Below, one piece after another: positions 12,647 through 27,047 of a stretch of 64,000 nt of DNA. Under the pieces are notes generated by a model that saw only the letters and a program-made list of their open reading frames with translations, searched no databases and was not told where the DNA came from. This DNA is from the human T2T-CHM13v2.0 reference genome, Homo sapiens. The position numbers were made by a program, and so were the translations under genes. Numbering within the stretch: position 1 is the stretch's first letter; each line of letters opens with the position of its first letter. The stretch is from the NCBI RefSeq assembly GCF_009914755.1, contig NC_060928.1. The stretch is one strand, 5' to 3'.

Positions 12647-13726
12647 CGGTAATACCTGGCTTGACGACGGGGATATGTTCTGAGAAAGGAGTCACTAGGT
12701 GATTTTGTCATTGTATGAGCATCACAGAGTATACTTACAGAAACCTGGGTGGTATAGCCTACTACACACTTAGGATACATGGTATAGCCTGTTGCTCCTA
12801 AGCTGCAAACAGACACAGCATGTTACTGTACTGAATACTGTAGGCAATTGTAACACAATGGTCAGTACTTTTGTAGCTAAACATATCTAAAAATAGAAAA
12901 GGTACAAGAAAAATACAAGATGAAAAATGTGCACCTGCATGTGGCACTTACCATGAACGGAGCTTGCAAGACTGGATGATGTTCTGAGTGAGTGAATGGT
13001 GAGCGACTGTGAGGCCTAGGACATTACTGTACACTATTGTAGATTTTATAATCACTGTACATTTAGGCTACACTACATTTACTTTAAAAATTTCTCTAAT
13101 GATGCATTAACCTGCACTTACGGTAAATTTTTACCTTTATAAACTTTTTAAAACTTTTTTTGACTCTTTTGTAATAACAGTTAGCTTAAAACACAAATAC
13201 AATGTACAGTTGTGAATGTGTTTTGTTCTTTATCTTCTTATTCTAGAAGCTCATTCTATTTTTACTTTTGATTTTTTTCTTTTCAAACTTTTTTGTTAAA
13301 AATTAAGACATAAACACACACGTTAGCCTCGGCCTATACAGGATCACGATCATCAATATATATGAAGACAATGCTTTCTTCCGGAATTCCTCCTGAAGGA
13401 CCTGCCTGAGGCTGTTTTACAATTAATTTTTATAAGTAGAAGGAATAACCTCTAAAATAATGATAAAATATATAGTATAGTAAATACATAAATCAGTAAC
13501 ATACTCATTTATTATTATCAGGTACTTTTATATGACTGGCAGCATAGCAGGTGTGTTCACACCAGCACCGCCACAAACAAATGAGTAATGTATTAAACCA
13601 TGCCATTACAATGACTACAATGTCACAGGGAAACAGGAATTTTTTAACATCATTATATTATCATGGGACCACCATTGTATGTGCAGTCTGTCATTGGCTG
13701 AAACGTGGTTATATGGAACATGACTG
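12647..13726 (+). mobile_element. Tigger3 (Tigger3b-like) non-autonomous Tc1/mariner DNA transposon
   Basis: TA flanks at 12645-46 and 13727-28; starts CGGTAATACCTGGCTTGACGACGGGGATATGTTCTGAGAAA, ends GAACATGACTG. Confidence 0.88.
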
Positions 13727-14079
13727 TAGATGATTTGACTTTTGTCAGAGAAGGAAGTTTTTGCTTCATGTGGACTGTTTATTGGAAAAAACGCCTCTTT
13801 ATGTGTCTTTAAGTAATATCTACTCCCTCTCTGAACTGAGTCCCCCATTCTAAGAGAACTTTCCAGGTACTGGGATGCATCCATGTCTTCACAACCATCT
13901 TTCCTGCTCATTGAGTAAAACAGCACATTCTTCTGGGACAGGATTGATCTTTTCCAGTTGAATTACACAGGCTTGAAGTTGTCACTAGTTAGTGTCCAAA
14001 TGACTATTATTCTACCGAAAAATGTTGTTCTACCACTATAATTTGGTAATTCCAGTACTTGAAGGTCATTGTGACTATA

Positions 14080-14166
14080 TATACACTAGACTGCAAAGTT
14101 TTTGAGGATGGGGACAATGTAATATTGTCTCAATACCCATTAACCAGTATAACTGTCACAAACACA

Positions 14167-14207
<41 letters not shown>

Positions 14208-14300
14208 CTTCACCTCCAGTACCAAACAGAATACATCCACTAGGCATTAAACATCATTATTGAATGAATTTATAAATGAATAAGAAGATGAATGAATGAA
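14080..14300 (+). mobile_element. L2 3' end with internal (CA)n
   Basis: CTAGACTGCAAAG...GAGGATGGGGAC and (GAAT)n tail. Confidence 0.65.
14169..14205. repeat. (CA)n microsatellite, ~18 units
   Basis: Directly visible. Confidence 0.98.
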
Positions 14301-14717
14301 GAACTTGCTAAGTGACAAAGATAAATAAATACATTTGTAGAGACATAAAGAGAAATTATATTTAATGTAGCAATGCCATCTAATTAGTAAATAGGCTAAA
14401 GGGATACCTAAAATAAAACAGGTTTTCTAAAGATGAACCCTCTATGGTGAAATATGCTACTTTATATAGTATAAGTATCCAAATAAAGTTTCCATCGGTA
14501 TAGTGCAGTGCAGTCTTTCCTTGGCAGTACATTTATCTATACAATCTCTAAGCTACAAACTCTAACTTTACACACTTTTTAAAAATTATCTTTCACTGGA
14601 TTAAAAATGGAAACTCTCTGAATTGATATATGTTCTTGACGTTATTCTCTTCTTTGGATAATAGCCTTTGTACATCTCATTTATGGTAACATCAATTTCA
14701 CAAAGGATTATTGGGTT

Positions 14718-15000
14718 GTGTCAGCCAGAATAAGCTAGGTTAGGTTTTGGTAACAAACTCTAAATCTCAGTGGCCTAAAACAGCAAAGATTTGTTTCTCA
14801 CTCACGTTACATGCCCATCTAGGGCTCTGCTCCTGTGGTCTTTAATAAAGAACATAGGCCAGTGGGCTCTATTATCAGGTACATCCCACTAATAGGAAAA
14901 GGCACACAGCAAGTCATCCAGGAGCTCTTCACCAGGAGGTGACATGTACTACCGCCACACAGGAATTTTTGACCAAAGCAAGGGTTATCTCATTAGGCAT
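14718..15000 (-). mobile_element. Old MLT1 (K/L-like) LTR fragment
   Basis: AAATCTCAGTGGCCTAAAACAGCAAAGATTTGTTTCTCACTCACG. Confidence 0.65.
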
Positions 15001-15149
15001 GAGATATTTCTGCTCATTTTATATTTTAGAACATTATATTAAAATGAGCTATTTAAAAACTGTCAGTCACCCAGCTGGTGTTCTTTGCTTCCTTAATGCA
15101 AGGAATATTTCTGGCAAAAAGTAATTTTTTTCTGGCAGCAGCAGGAAAA

Positions 15150-15925
15150 AAAAATCCCTCCTATACCTGTTCAGATAGCTAGTATAACATTTACAAAAAC
15201 AAACAAACAAACAAACAAACAAACAAACAGAAAATAACAAGTTGGCAAGGATATGGAGAAATTATTACCCTTAGACCTTCTCGGTGGAAATGTAAAATGG
15301 TGCAGTCACTATGATAAAACGTATAGCGGTTTCTCAAAACCTTAAACATAGCATTACTAAATGATCCAGTAGTTCCACTTTTGGCACACACTACAAAGAT
15401 TTTAAACCAGGGACTTAAACAGATATTTGTACATCAAAATTTATAGCAACATTATTCACAATAGCCAAAAAGGTAGAAATAACTCAAATGCCCATAATGG
15501 ATGAGTGGATAAACAAAATGTGTTGTATACATACAATAGAAATCATTCAGTCTTAAAAAAGGAAGAAAATTCGGATGCATGTTACAACCTGGATGAACTC
15601 TGAAGATATTATGTTGAGCAAAATAAGTTGGACACAAAACAACAAATATTGTGTAATTCTGCTTATATGACATGAGTAGAATAGTCAAATTCATAGAGAC
15701 AGAAACTAGAATAAAAATGATTACAAAGGCCTGGGGGAAGGAAGGGAATGAGGAGTTAGGATTTAATAGGTACAGAATTTCAGTTTGGAATAGTGAAAAA
15801 TTTCTGGATACAGTTAGTGCTGTTGGTTGCACAACAATACGAAAATACTTAATGCCACTGAATTACACACTTTAAAAATGGTAAATTTTATGTTCTGTAT
15901 ATGTTATTGCAATAAAAGTGAAAAA
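15150..15925 (+). mobile_element. L1MB-type 3' end, with (CAAA)n at ~15196-15230
   Basis: ORF2 C-terminal remnant; 3'UTR ACTTAATGCCACTGAATTACACACTTTAAAAATGGTAAATTTTATGTT. Confidence 0.88.
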
Positions 15926-16349
15926 TTGAGGACAGGAATTTCTCCTGCTTTTTCTCTGGCCATTTTCTAGGGCCATTTGTAGAAATATTTTATTTCTACA
16001 TGTATCTGAATTCTGGCCTCCAATAAATGAGGCAGACTCAAGAATTTGCTCCTTGGATACCATTAATAATTCATAGCATACGAAAGACCCGAGAGAGAGA
16101 CTGGTTCTGGTTCATGCTAGCTGGAATAAATGAGATCCCAACATTAAAAAGATATGAGTTTATTCCCAAAATCATGAAACAGATCATACCATTTACACCA
16201 ACTTACTCACGGAATGAGGGTTTTATTTCCCAAAGATTCTCCCTAAAACAACCTCACTATATATGATACATGATGTGTGTGTGTGTGTGTCTTTTACAAA
16301 CTTTCAAAGTTAGACTGCAGAATTAGCAAATCTAGGACTACAGGCCTAG

Positions 16350-16830
16350 TGACCAAACATCTATGCATTGTTTACTCCATGCCAGACTCAGCACCAAACA
16401 CACGAGAAGAAACATAAGATGCATAAACACAACCCTTGCCTTTGAAGAAAATTTGCACTAATGGCAGAGATGGGTGAGTAAATAATTCATAATAAAAGAT
16501 GTCTTTGGTGTTGTGGCAGGCCAATTAATTCTGCATGGAAGGGTCAGAAACAGCTACACTGATAACTTGAGGAATGTTTAAAAGGGCAAATGGGAATTGG
16601 TCAAATGAAAAATGGCAGATGAGAAGAAGTGAGTTGTGTTGGCATTACTAGCAGAGGGAACGGTACTAGGAAAGACTGGAAAACCTTGAAATGCACTGCA
16701 TCCCTCCGAGACAACAAGTCTTCAGCTGTGATTATAAATGGAGAACCTGGTGAAGGTGGCCTGAGATCAATCCAAAGGCAAATCAAGGCCGCAGTGTGAA
16801 GGTCCTGGAGCAATATGGAATCCTTATGAT
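16350..16830 (-). mobile_element. L2 fragment
   Basis: Degraded L2-like run, e.g. CCCTTGCCTTTGAAG...GGGTCAGAAACAGCT...GGCATTACTAGCAGAGGGAAC. Confidence 0.55.
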
Positions 16831-18114
16831 AATCTAGTTTTTGAAATATCCGTGTTGTTCCTCATAAACATCAATGATCTCTGCTCTTTAGATGTATTAA
16901 AGATTTAGAAAAATATCCATAAATCTTCACGTGCTTATGATAGCTGAAATACAATACTCCCTGAGTTATTGCCAAAATATGTGAAAAATAAAAATAGGCT
17001 GTATTTATATGCCACATACATATATTTAAAATGTAAGCCATTTTCTTAAACAGAGAGATGTCTATTTTTCTTAAATATAGAGAGGCCACAAAAGTTTATG
17101 TGAAAAAAAAAATGTATGTAAATAATGAATTCAACACTTAAATTTCATTCTGTGAAGTCCAAAGGGAATGGCCTGGCAAGATCAAACTCAGATGACCCCA
17201 ACTTACAAAAATAAGCCCTATGCTATATGGACCTAAAAATCTCCACCATCAGGAATTTACACGGTGGAAACTAAATCTCAAACTAAACCTCAACCCCAAA
17301 TCATCCTCTCCTGAAGTTACCAAATTCCTGTCTCCTGACCACATTTACCACTGAGTTACTGTTGAGTCCAGTGCTGTTTCAGTTGCTAAGGTTACATTGC
17401 CTGGCTCTTAAAATATTAACTATAATCCTAAAAAAAAAAAAACAACGTCGTGATCAAAATAGCTGGCTGGCTCAACTGCTTTATATACAGTCTATTCTGC
17501 TAAGGAAACCTAAACTAGGTGTGATAAATTTATTGGAATAGTGGAAAAATTAAAAGAAATACTGGGTGATGCTGATCAGCAAAGGAGACATTCTGTAAAC
17601 ATTTTGTAATAGCAATCCACAAATTAATGGTTCTACTATGTCTTCCAAATATCCCAGCAACAAAATTTCCCTTTGAAATTAAATGTTAACAATAACAGCA
17701 ATATTTTTAAATAAAAAGAAAATTTTAACATAAATTTGCTGCATTAAATGTCTTGTTTTATTAAAAAGCAGACATAAAATTTTATACATGTGATATTTAT
17801 TTAGATATTTAGGTTCTTTGAAATATTTTTTCTTTAATAACCAAAAAGTGCCTGTGATTGAGAAATCAGATGTTAAGCACATTTCAAAGGGTGAAACTTA
17901 CTGCCACTTATAAGGGCAGTACAAAGAAAAGTTTGCTTATAAGTAGCTTCTATAAAAATGTGTACCTGAATATTTCTCTCAAGGACTTGCAAATTATTAC
18001 AATGGGATCTTTCAGCCATAATGTCTTATCTGACAATAAGTATTTCAAAAGTTTTTATCTAAGTGACATTGGAATGGAATTGCTATAACTTAGTTTTCTG
18101 TTTACAACAGGTGC

Positions 18115-18470
18115 TGTATGAGTGAGCTGTGGCTGCCATAGCAAGACATCATAGATTGGATGGCTTAAACAACAGAAATTTATTTTTTCACAGTTCTGGA
18201 GGCCAGAAATCCCCAATAAAGGTACTGACTGATTAGGTGAGGGCTTTATTTCTGCTGACAGACAACCACCTTCTTGTTGAGTTTTTATACGGTCTTTTCT
18301 CTGTGGCTCATAGAGAGAGACAGAGAGAGCTCTGGTGTTTTTTCCTCTTCTTATTAGGACACCAGTCCTGTATCACTAAGGCTCCATCCTGATGATTCCA
18401 CTTAGCCAGTAACTATGGGAATTAGGGCTTCAACATACAAATTTAGAGAAATGTGATTCCGTTCATAACA
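18115..18470 (-). mobile_element. MLT1A/B-type MaLR solo LTR
   Basis: TG...CA termini, 5-bp TSD GGTGC; GGCTTAAACAACAGAAATTTATTTTTTCACAGTTCTGGAGGC. Confidence 0.9.
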
Positions 18471-19724
18471 GGTGCTTAACTAGAATTCTGTATGCACATT
18501 GTTTTATGAAAAAGCGACATGAAACCTAAGGATTTACTGTCTGTTGTAGAATTTCTCATATAAAGAAGAACCTGAGGCAAGTACAGAAATGTTACCTCCC
18601 TACCTTCTCATTGGAAAGCAGCTCACAGAGAATACAATAGTTCTACCCACTATGCCCGTATAATGCAATGATATATATCCGTCACTAAAATCTCCATGCT
18701 TGTCTCACCCAACGTCTCAAACTATGCTATAACTATTGGCGGATCTCACATAATTGAGCAATCTGAATGATGGAATTGTACACTAGTTGAATACAGGAGA
18801 TACTATTTTACATAGCACAGCAAAGCTCTCCCATAACTCTACAAATAGGGCTGAAAAAATCAAATACGTAAAATGCAGCGTCATGTTATTGCATGGTTAA
18901 TAAAATTACTGACTCTTCTCAGCTATCTGAGTGTTTTAGGTTCCTGAGAGCCAAGTCAGTCATGTCATTTCCGAATTTTGGTGATCAAAGGGTGGATGAT
19001 CACAGTTTTACTCCATTTCAACTTGATTATTAGTTACATTAAAAAAAGGTTTTTCTATGTGTGCTGTGAGACTGATTCTCATTTAGTATGGTTTCATTAA
19101 AAATTAGGATCCCTTTTTCCCTCTTGGTTAAGCCAGTAAGATTGTAGATTGTCAGACTCTGCCTTGTTCTTTTCCTGAAATCCAAAGGTAAAATGCAGTA
19201 ACGAGAGTAGGGATGCCAATAATGTGGAGGCAAGGAAAAAGCAGCTCCAGGGACAACATCGGGAAGCGCGATAGGATGTTGGCTAAAAAGCTTGCTTTTT
19301 CACGTTATGTCAGATTTCACATTCTAACTTCATCATTTCCTGGTTAAAGCATCTTGAACAAATCACTTTTTGAATCACTTAGCACCATGGCTTCTACATT
19401 TCAAGCCCCAAAGGGTAGGAATTATTATTATTAATGCTATTACCAAAGATGCTAACAAAGGAAAGGGTTTTCACTGTCCAACATGGTTCATGTTTATGAA
19501 ATATTTATAAATGGTGCTCACATTCAAGAGCAAGCCTGTAGAGATCTTTGGGCAAATGCCTTGTTAAAGAGAATTAATCTAAATATTGTTTGTCATTTGC
19601 TCAAGTACACTAATTCTATTAGTCTCAACTATTCAAGGATAATCATTGAAGGCCTAACTCCACAGGAACTGGATTGAAGATAAGATTGGAGGACCACAAT
19701 TTCACCAGTACGTTACTTAGAATA

Positions 19725-19830
19725 AGCAACTAGGTCCTCACAACAATCCCTATTTTCCAGATGAGAGTGTTGAGGCTCAGAGAGGTAAGCAAATTGTTTA
19801 ACTTATTCCAGCTCTCAAGTACACACACTG
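19725..19830 (-). mobile_element. MIR fragment
   Basis: TATTTTCCAGATGAGAGTGTTGAGGCTCAGAGAGGTAAG. Confidence 0.7.
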
Positions 19831-19879
19831 AAATATAGCCAACACCTTTGTAAAGATTACAATCGAATATATTCTTGTT

Positions 19880-20417
<538 letters not shown>

Positions 20418-23400
20418 TTCTAGTTAGAGTTATAACTTAATTTTCACAATAGTTAAGCATTCAGGACAACTGTGTTCATTGTGTCTCCCCAACAGAATGT
20501 TTTGAATTTTAATTTCCTAATTCATAGAACTCATAGTAAAAGCCTCTTCCCATGGTCTATTAAAAATTATGTTTTACTGTTTATCTTTAGCCTAAGACAT
20601 ATATTTAGACACTCAAATATATTTTAGACAGATCATCACAGAAGATAACATATATTAAATGAACAAATGAATATATAACCAAAGAAATAAATTACTGGTG
20701 TATATGGAGGCAGAACATCTTTACCAAAATCTGCCTCCTGTTTAGATAAATGTGTCAGATATTTATCAAAGGTCTCCTATATGTGAGGTATTCTGCTAAG
20801 AAGTAGAGTTGTATGAAAGAATAAGACATAATCTTTCCTTCCAAATGACTTAACTCTGGGAGACAAATAAATGACACAAGTGTAAGTATTACAGTTATGA
20901 AAGTTATGTCAACTTTTTCAGAGTACTCATATATGGTAAATGGATTAGTCCAGAAATATTCTCAAATACAGCTTCCTACAGTACCAATCCATATGGTACT
21001 ACTATTCAAGAAGTGCAAGAATCTATCCTCACACAGCAAAATCACAGTATGTCTACATTTAGCCTGGATTGAATTGATATCAGGATGGTCAAAATTAGAA
21101 ACATGATTCCATATTGGATATTATTTTGCCATTTCCTTATTTTATTTTTTTAAACAAGTGATACTCTTCTCAAATTCAATATTGGTTCCTTAACCCCAAA
21201 ATTATTTTGGAAGTGAGTTACATAAATTCTATCCTTTGTAGCCTCTATGCTTTATTCTTTATCCTCATGCTTAACTGGTTTTCTCCAAATGCCTTTTTAC
21301 TTCCCTTTCCCTTCACAGCAGCCATGCAACCATAACAGAGTTGAGCATAAGTAGGCTTTTTTTTATTGTGTAAAATGCATGAGACACCATAAAAATTGCC
21401 AATGCTAAACTGATAACAATTCAAGGAAGATAAATCAAATGCTAAAATATGTGGGAGAACGTATCAATACATAAAAACAGGGTGGGGGAAGTCTGAAATT
21501 ATCACAGCATGGCTTCAAAAGGAAAGATACTAAGAAAGAGTTTGGAAAATAGTAATATTATCTAGATGAGATGAGTGAGTTTCATTTGTCACAACCCCAG
21601 GATCTGAGTCTTGCAGATTATTGTGAATGATGCTTTAAGTGTTATAATAGAACTAAAAGATGTGGAAGCATTTGATTTAATGCAAAGACATCAGTTTTGT
21701 CTGCCAAATCCCAAGAAAGACATCTACAAGCCTATCAATCAACATTAGGATCTCTGTGTTGAGCAAATGACATCCAAATCATAAAGCTGTCATCATTTAA
21801 AATGTATTTTTAAATCACCTCTCCACTACCATTTATAACGGATACATTTTTAACTCTGATAATTAATCAACTCTGACACATTTCCTTCCTTTTTGCCTTT
21901 TTCTCCTCTGAAATCCTTCTTTTATAAGGAGCCATTTTTAATTTCCCATAGGCAGAAAACCAGCCAACATATTCAGGTCCCAAAGTTTCATCTATGATGA
22001 AGCTTTGGAAGTTTATGAATTAAGAAAGTTGAAAAGCAATCTTCACTGTAGATAGTATCTTGACATACATGTGTCATGATCAGAGTGACACTTCCCTTAG
22101 GAATAGAACCTCACTGGTCATGACTATCTAAGGAAGGCATTGCTTGAAAATTATGTACCTCAAGTTCATGGCCATATCACATTTCCCCACGTCTTCAAGC
22201 ACCAGTCCATCAGATAATTTCTCTTACAGAGATTCCAGTACTGTAATTTGCCTCTGCTTTAATCAACAGTGAGATAATATAGAAGCCGCATTAAATGATT
22301 CAGAATCATTTCATCTGCAGGAAACCCATTAGTCTAACCATATTTTCCCATACTTCTCAGCACCATGTCCTGTCATCTGGAAATAATAGATACCATAAAA
22401 GCAAATTCTAAAAGCTTAAAAAAATGCTAGGGCAGAGCACATGGTGTTTATTTGGAGGTTGATATTACCACAAATTAATCAAAATGGGGAATTTTTTCCA
22501 GTATATTTGAATTCGATTTCCGTATGAAATAATGCTAAAATGTTACACTTAAACATGATATATTTACATATTTACTTTAATAGATTGGAATATGCCAGAT
22601 GTGCAAGTGTAGAATCATACTAATGTGGATGTTTTCATTTCCTGTAAATCAATTCATAAAGGTAAAAAAAAAAAAAAAGGGAAACTGGCAGCTTCAGGGA
22701 GGGGTTCATGCATGTGAAACATTTTGAGTCAGTAGTCTCATGGTGCACCTCTGGTTATTTTTCATGTGCTGCCAGTCTTCAAGTACCCTAAATGCATTAG
22801 AAATTATAATTTAAAAACAAAATTATGAAAGTTTAATGCATGTATTTGGAAAGAGTCAAGGGCCTGGCAAGTGGAAATCTAAACATTTAAAATTTCATCA
22901 TCCATGGGTGCTGAGTACCTGCTAGATAGGCTCTCCATAAATACTAATTGATAAAGGTTTTACTTTAAAAAAACAGATTCCATAGAACATTCTTCAATTC
23001 TCAGAGTGTGTCACCATAGCACTGTAAGTTATAACGAGGCTACTTTGTAGCCAGTAGAAGGAAGAGTTGGAAGAAATAAGGCCTCAAATGATAGGGTGAT
23101 GGCAATAGCTGGAATGGATTCGACCTTTTTAAGTGAAGGAAAATTTCTAGTTATCAAGTTGCAGAAGGAGAAACTGGTAACATTATAATAATCAGTAGAA
23201 AATGCTAATCCTTAATGAGCGTTCCAAGTTCCTACCCCAAACTTCAAAGTTTACTAGGTCTTTGCAAGATGGGTGAAGAGAATGGTTATCAAGTAATAAC
23301 AAATGCCTGTAGTGTTTTTAAATAGATAATGCAAATCAAATAAATAGTCTTAAGTGACTTAATTGATTGCTACACTATTTATGACAATACACTCAGCGAG

Positions 23401-23689
23401 GATTCATGTATTATTTTAGTGAAGTCAATAAAACTGCAATGGTTAAGAACTACTTTCCATTCCATATCTGTCTTTTAAACTCACTGTAAGTATCACAGGA
23501 GCTAATGAAGGTAAAATGGTTAATGCAATGTCTGGCTTTCAGTAAGTAAAAACATTAAACAATTCTTACCCTTATGGATGTGATGGTTAAAAAGGTAAAC
23601 AAAGAATATAAGTAACTCGAGAATGGGAAAAAGAACCCAAGCCTTTTTGATCTATTAAAAACAAGAATCAACACTTTATGACCCTTATC

Positions 23690-23900
23690 ACATGCGTGCA
23701 TTAAATATTTTTGAAATATTAATTCATGTATTATTCACCATATTCTGATAATACAGATACCTTTATTCCCATTTTATGGATGAAAGAAATTTAAGCACAC
23801 AGAGGTTATGTAATTTCCCCTAAGTCACAGACCTGGTATACAGCAGACCAGGAATTTTAATTTAACAGGCAAATTCCCACTATAGCTTATCTCCTAGACA
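23690..23900 (-). mobile_element. MIR
   Basis: ATTCCCATTTTATGGATGAAAGAAATTTAAGCACACAGAGGTTATGTAATTTCCCCTAAGTCACAG. Confidence 0.75.
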
Positions 23901-25389
23901 ATTGACTATGCAGCCTCCTCTTTTCATTTTTATTATAGCTATTAACAATGAAACTATTGACTCGTTTCTTATAACTATAAGCAATTTCAAAATAGCATAT
24001 TTTGTGATAGCCTAGCAATTATGAGACCAAATATCACTGGGATCATTTTTCTCTTTATATTCAAGCCTAAACCAGAGCAGTATAAGTTTGTGCTAATTCT
24101 GCTTTATTATCTCCTCTGAGAATAAGCTGAAAGCTTTATACTATGAACAGGAAAGATGTCTGTCTTCATGAGAACTAAGATCCCATGCCAATAAAAATGA
24201 TAAAGAATAAAAGTGTTTTGTTTTGAATTCATTGTTTGACTAAAGCACTTAAACCCCAAATGTATGATCCCAGAATTATCTAGGTGTCTATTATCCTTCA
24301 TAATGTGAAAGACAATTTAAATTTGATTTTAAAGTATCCAAGGAAACAAAACTGGGTGAAAAATGGGATGAAAAGGAGAGAAAAGAGAAATATCGCAAAT
24401 GCCTTTCAAAAATATTCTACCCACACTACAGTTTTGGGCAACATTGTCAGAAGAGAAACATTTAACACTCCCTTTATTTAAAGTCGGATTTGTTTAACTG
24501 GCCAGGGCTTAAGAAAATGTTATGCCTTTTCTGTGGGAACATTTTCTAAGAACGAATTTAACTTGGCTTCTATGAAAGTTGTTTTTGTTGTTTGGAGTTT
24601 TTTAATGTTAGTATTTGAAATGACTTTGTTTTCTTTGGGATGGAGGGAGCAACTTTTCATACAATTTAGTGGTTTCATGAAACCACCTCCACTGGACTCT
24701 CATATATTCCATGTACTATATATAATATATATTTCAGCTGGGTTTGTTTTCCCAAAATCCAAGAACTTTTACATAAAAGTTGCTCAATTTCAGAAATATT
24801 TAAACCACAGGGAAGATAATTCTAGATGACACTGAACTACAGGGGTTTCCTAAGCAAACTGCATATCATTTCACCTCCCTCAGCGGTCTTCAGTTTTGCA
24901 TCTTAGGGCCTCAATTTAAAAGCTACCATATTCTGCTTCAATGTATGTCTGATTTAGAAGCCCAGACAATTTTGCTTCAATCAATGCAACACCCTGAAGC
25001 TCCTTCCTCCATCTCCACATTTCCTCACATTCAGCCCTGTCTCTCCTGACACATACACTCAATACAGGTAAATCTAAGAGTCCAAACATGGTTTTGGACT
25101 GTGCTTGGTTTCTCTTTCAACCACAAGAACATTATGCAACCTCAGAACAGCTCTAAGCCAGATTCCTGTTCAGGTGACACAAGACAGCCTGATTACTGTC
25201 TTTATTTACTACCTGGCACTTGGGGAGTTCCAAGGAGGGTTTGATGAGAAACTTTTTGTATTTTTTTAAATTAAAGTTAGGAATTAGGAGTCATGCATTT
25301 TTTTCCTTTTGATTATCATAGACAACCTGGAATAAGTTGTACAATAGATATGGCATAAAACCAGAATTTGTCTTTCAACCCAACTCAAA

Positions 25390-25800
25390 CATGGAAAATT
25401 GGACTAGAGTGTTTTATACCATGTTCGAACAGTGATTTAGGAGAGTTTAATGATGAAACGCCTTACCAGAGTGTGAGAAAAGTGAAGAAAAATCAAAAAA
25501 GGAACAATAAGACACAGAGTGGTGCTTACTCTGGACCCAAAAAAGAAAGGGGAGTTTATTTACCATCAGACAGCAGCTATAGCTTCAGGAAAAAGATTGA
25601 GGTCACAGCAGGAGGACAATCACTGCCAACCCTCTCTTTCTGTTTGTTATCTGCTCCAGTCTCTCCTATTGCCAAAGCCAGCTGGAAGCCAGAGGGCAAG
25701 GGAATCCTCTCCTACAATCCAGGCAGGTCAGCCTCCCAGGGCACAGGGCCAAGTAAACTGGTGAATGGATCTGGACAGGCAAACGAAATATCCAGCAAAA
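25390..25800 (-). mobile_element. ERVL LTR (LTR33-like)
   Basis: GGAAGCCAGAGGGCAAGGGAA...AGGTCAGCCTCCCAGGGCACAG...GGATCTGGA...AAATATCCAGCA. Confidence 0.7.
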
Positions 25801-26317
25801 ACATACTACGGATTATGTTTAAAAAATGGTAGATTAATCAATTGATAGATTGAACAGAAGCAATTTATTTGGACCCTATTTAATTCAAATATGTTAAAAT
25901 GTTGAATACCCTTTGTATCACATCCACTGTAAGTGAAGTCTGAAAACTTTCTCCTACCAAAGCCGAACTACGTTGAAACTATATAGGCACACCTCTATGA
26001 ATAAAAACATTTATTAACCAAAGTATTGCTTTCTTTCAAAATAAATCACTTTATACTTTGGGGGAAAAAAAGATTGTAATTGGATCTTTCCCATTCTGTC
26101 TTTGCTCTGGGATTTTAAAAGGCATTCTGCAACATTTTCAATTCAGGTTTAAAAACCAAGATTATGAGATTCTGGGAATTGCAAAATGATCATTTTTCCA
26201 ATAAAAATGGTTTTGAGTGATCACACTAGACTGTTTCTGTAAACTGAACTGAGGTCAGAGGATAAACATTTCTGTTCAGTAACTGTTGTTATAAAAAAGC
26301 ATTGCCATATTAAGAAA

Positions 26318-27047
26318 TGTTACAGTAGGTAGCTAGCCAGGCATAAGCAGGCAGGAGAGGGCTCCCCCAACCAACACCAAGAATGTCAGGTGACCATAGG
26401 ATAATGGTCAGGAAGTTGTCACACTGCCTCTCTAAAATAACAATTGTTCACAGCCAGTGCCGGAGAAAAGCTGTTTCTCAATAGATAAAAACAACTGAAA
26501 CTGGTGATCAGTTCCCAATAAGATCTTAGGAATTGGGAGAGTGGGCTCAAGCATGCATATTAAGAGGCAAAATGGTGGAGTTTAACTGGAATATGACCTT
26601 CTGGGGGCATTCCACTGGAAAAGGAAAGAACGCGTCTGGTAAGCATGAGTACGACTGCAGTAAATACACTGCAAGTGCTCCCCTTTCAAGCCCTGACAGG
26701 CCATTGTGCATGTGGACAACGTACCATAAGGGAAGAATCAGGGGAGAAGGGATACAAGACCTCAGAAGTATGCCAACATTCAAAACCCCAAGTCAAAAGG
26801 TCAAACCACACATTTGTGCTTCAAATGGCTCAGTTGGGTCTCTTCCAAGTGTACTTTCCTTCATGTGGTTCCTGCTCTAAAGCTTTTCAACAAACTTTCA
26901 CTCCTGCTCTAAAACTATCCTTGGTGTCTTCTTCTGCCTTATGCCTCACAGTTGAATCATTTCCTCTGAGGAGGCAAGAATTGAAGTTTCTACAGATTTG
27001 CTGTACGGATTTGCTGCCAGTAACTTGCATAACTTCCACCAGTAACA
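26318..27047 (+). mobile_element. MER50 ERV1 solo LTR
   Basis: 730 bp, TG...CA, 4-bp TSD GAAA; starts TGTTACAGTAGGTAGCTAG. Confidence 0.87.
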
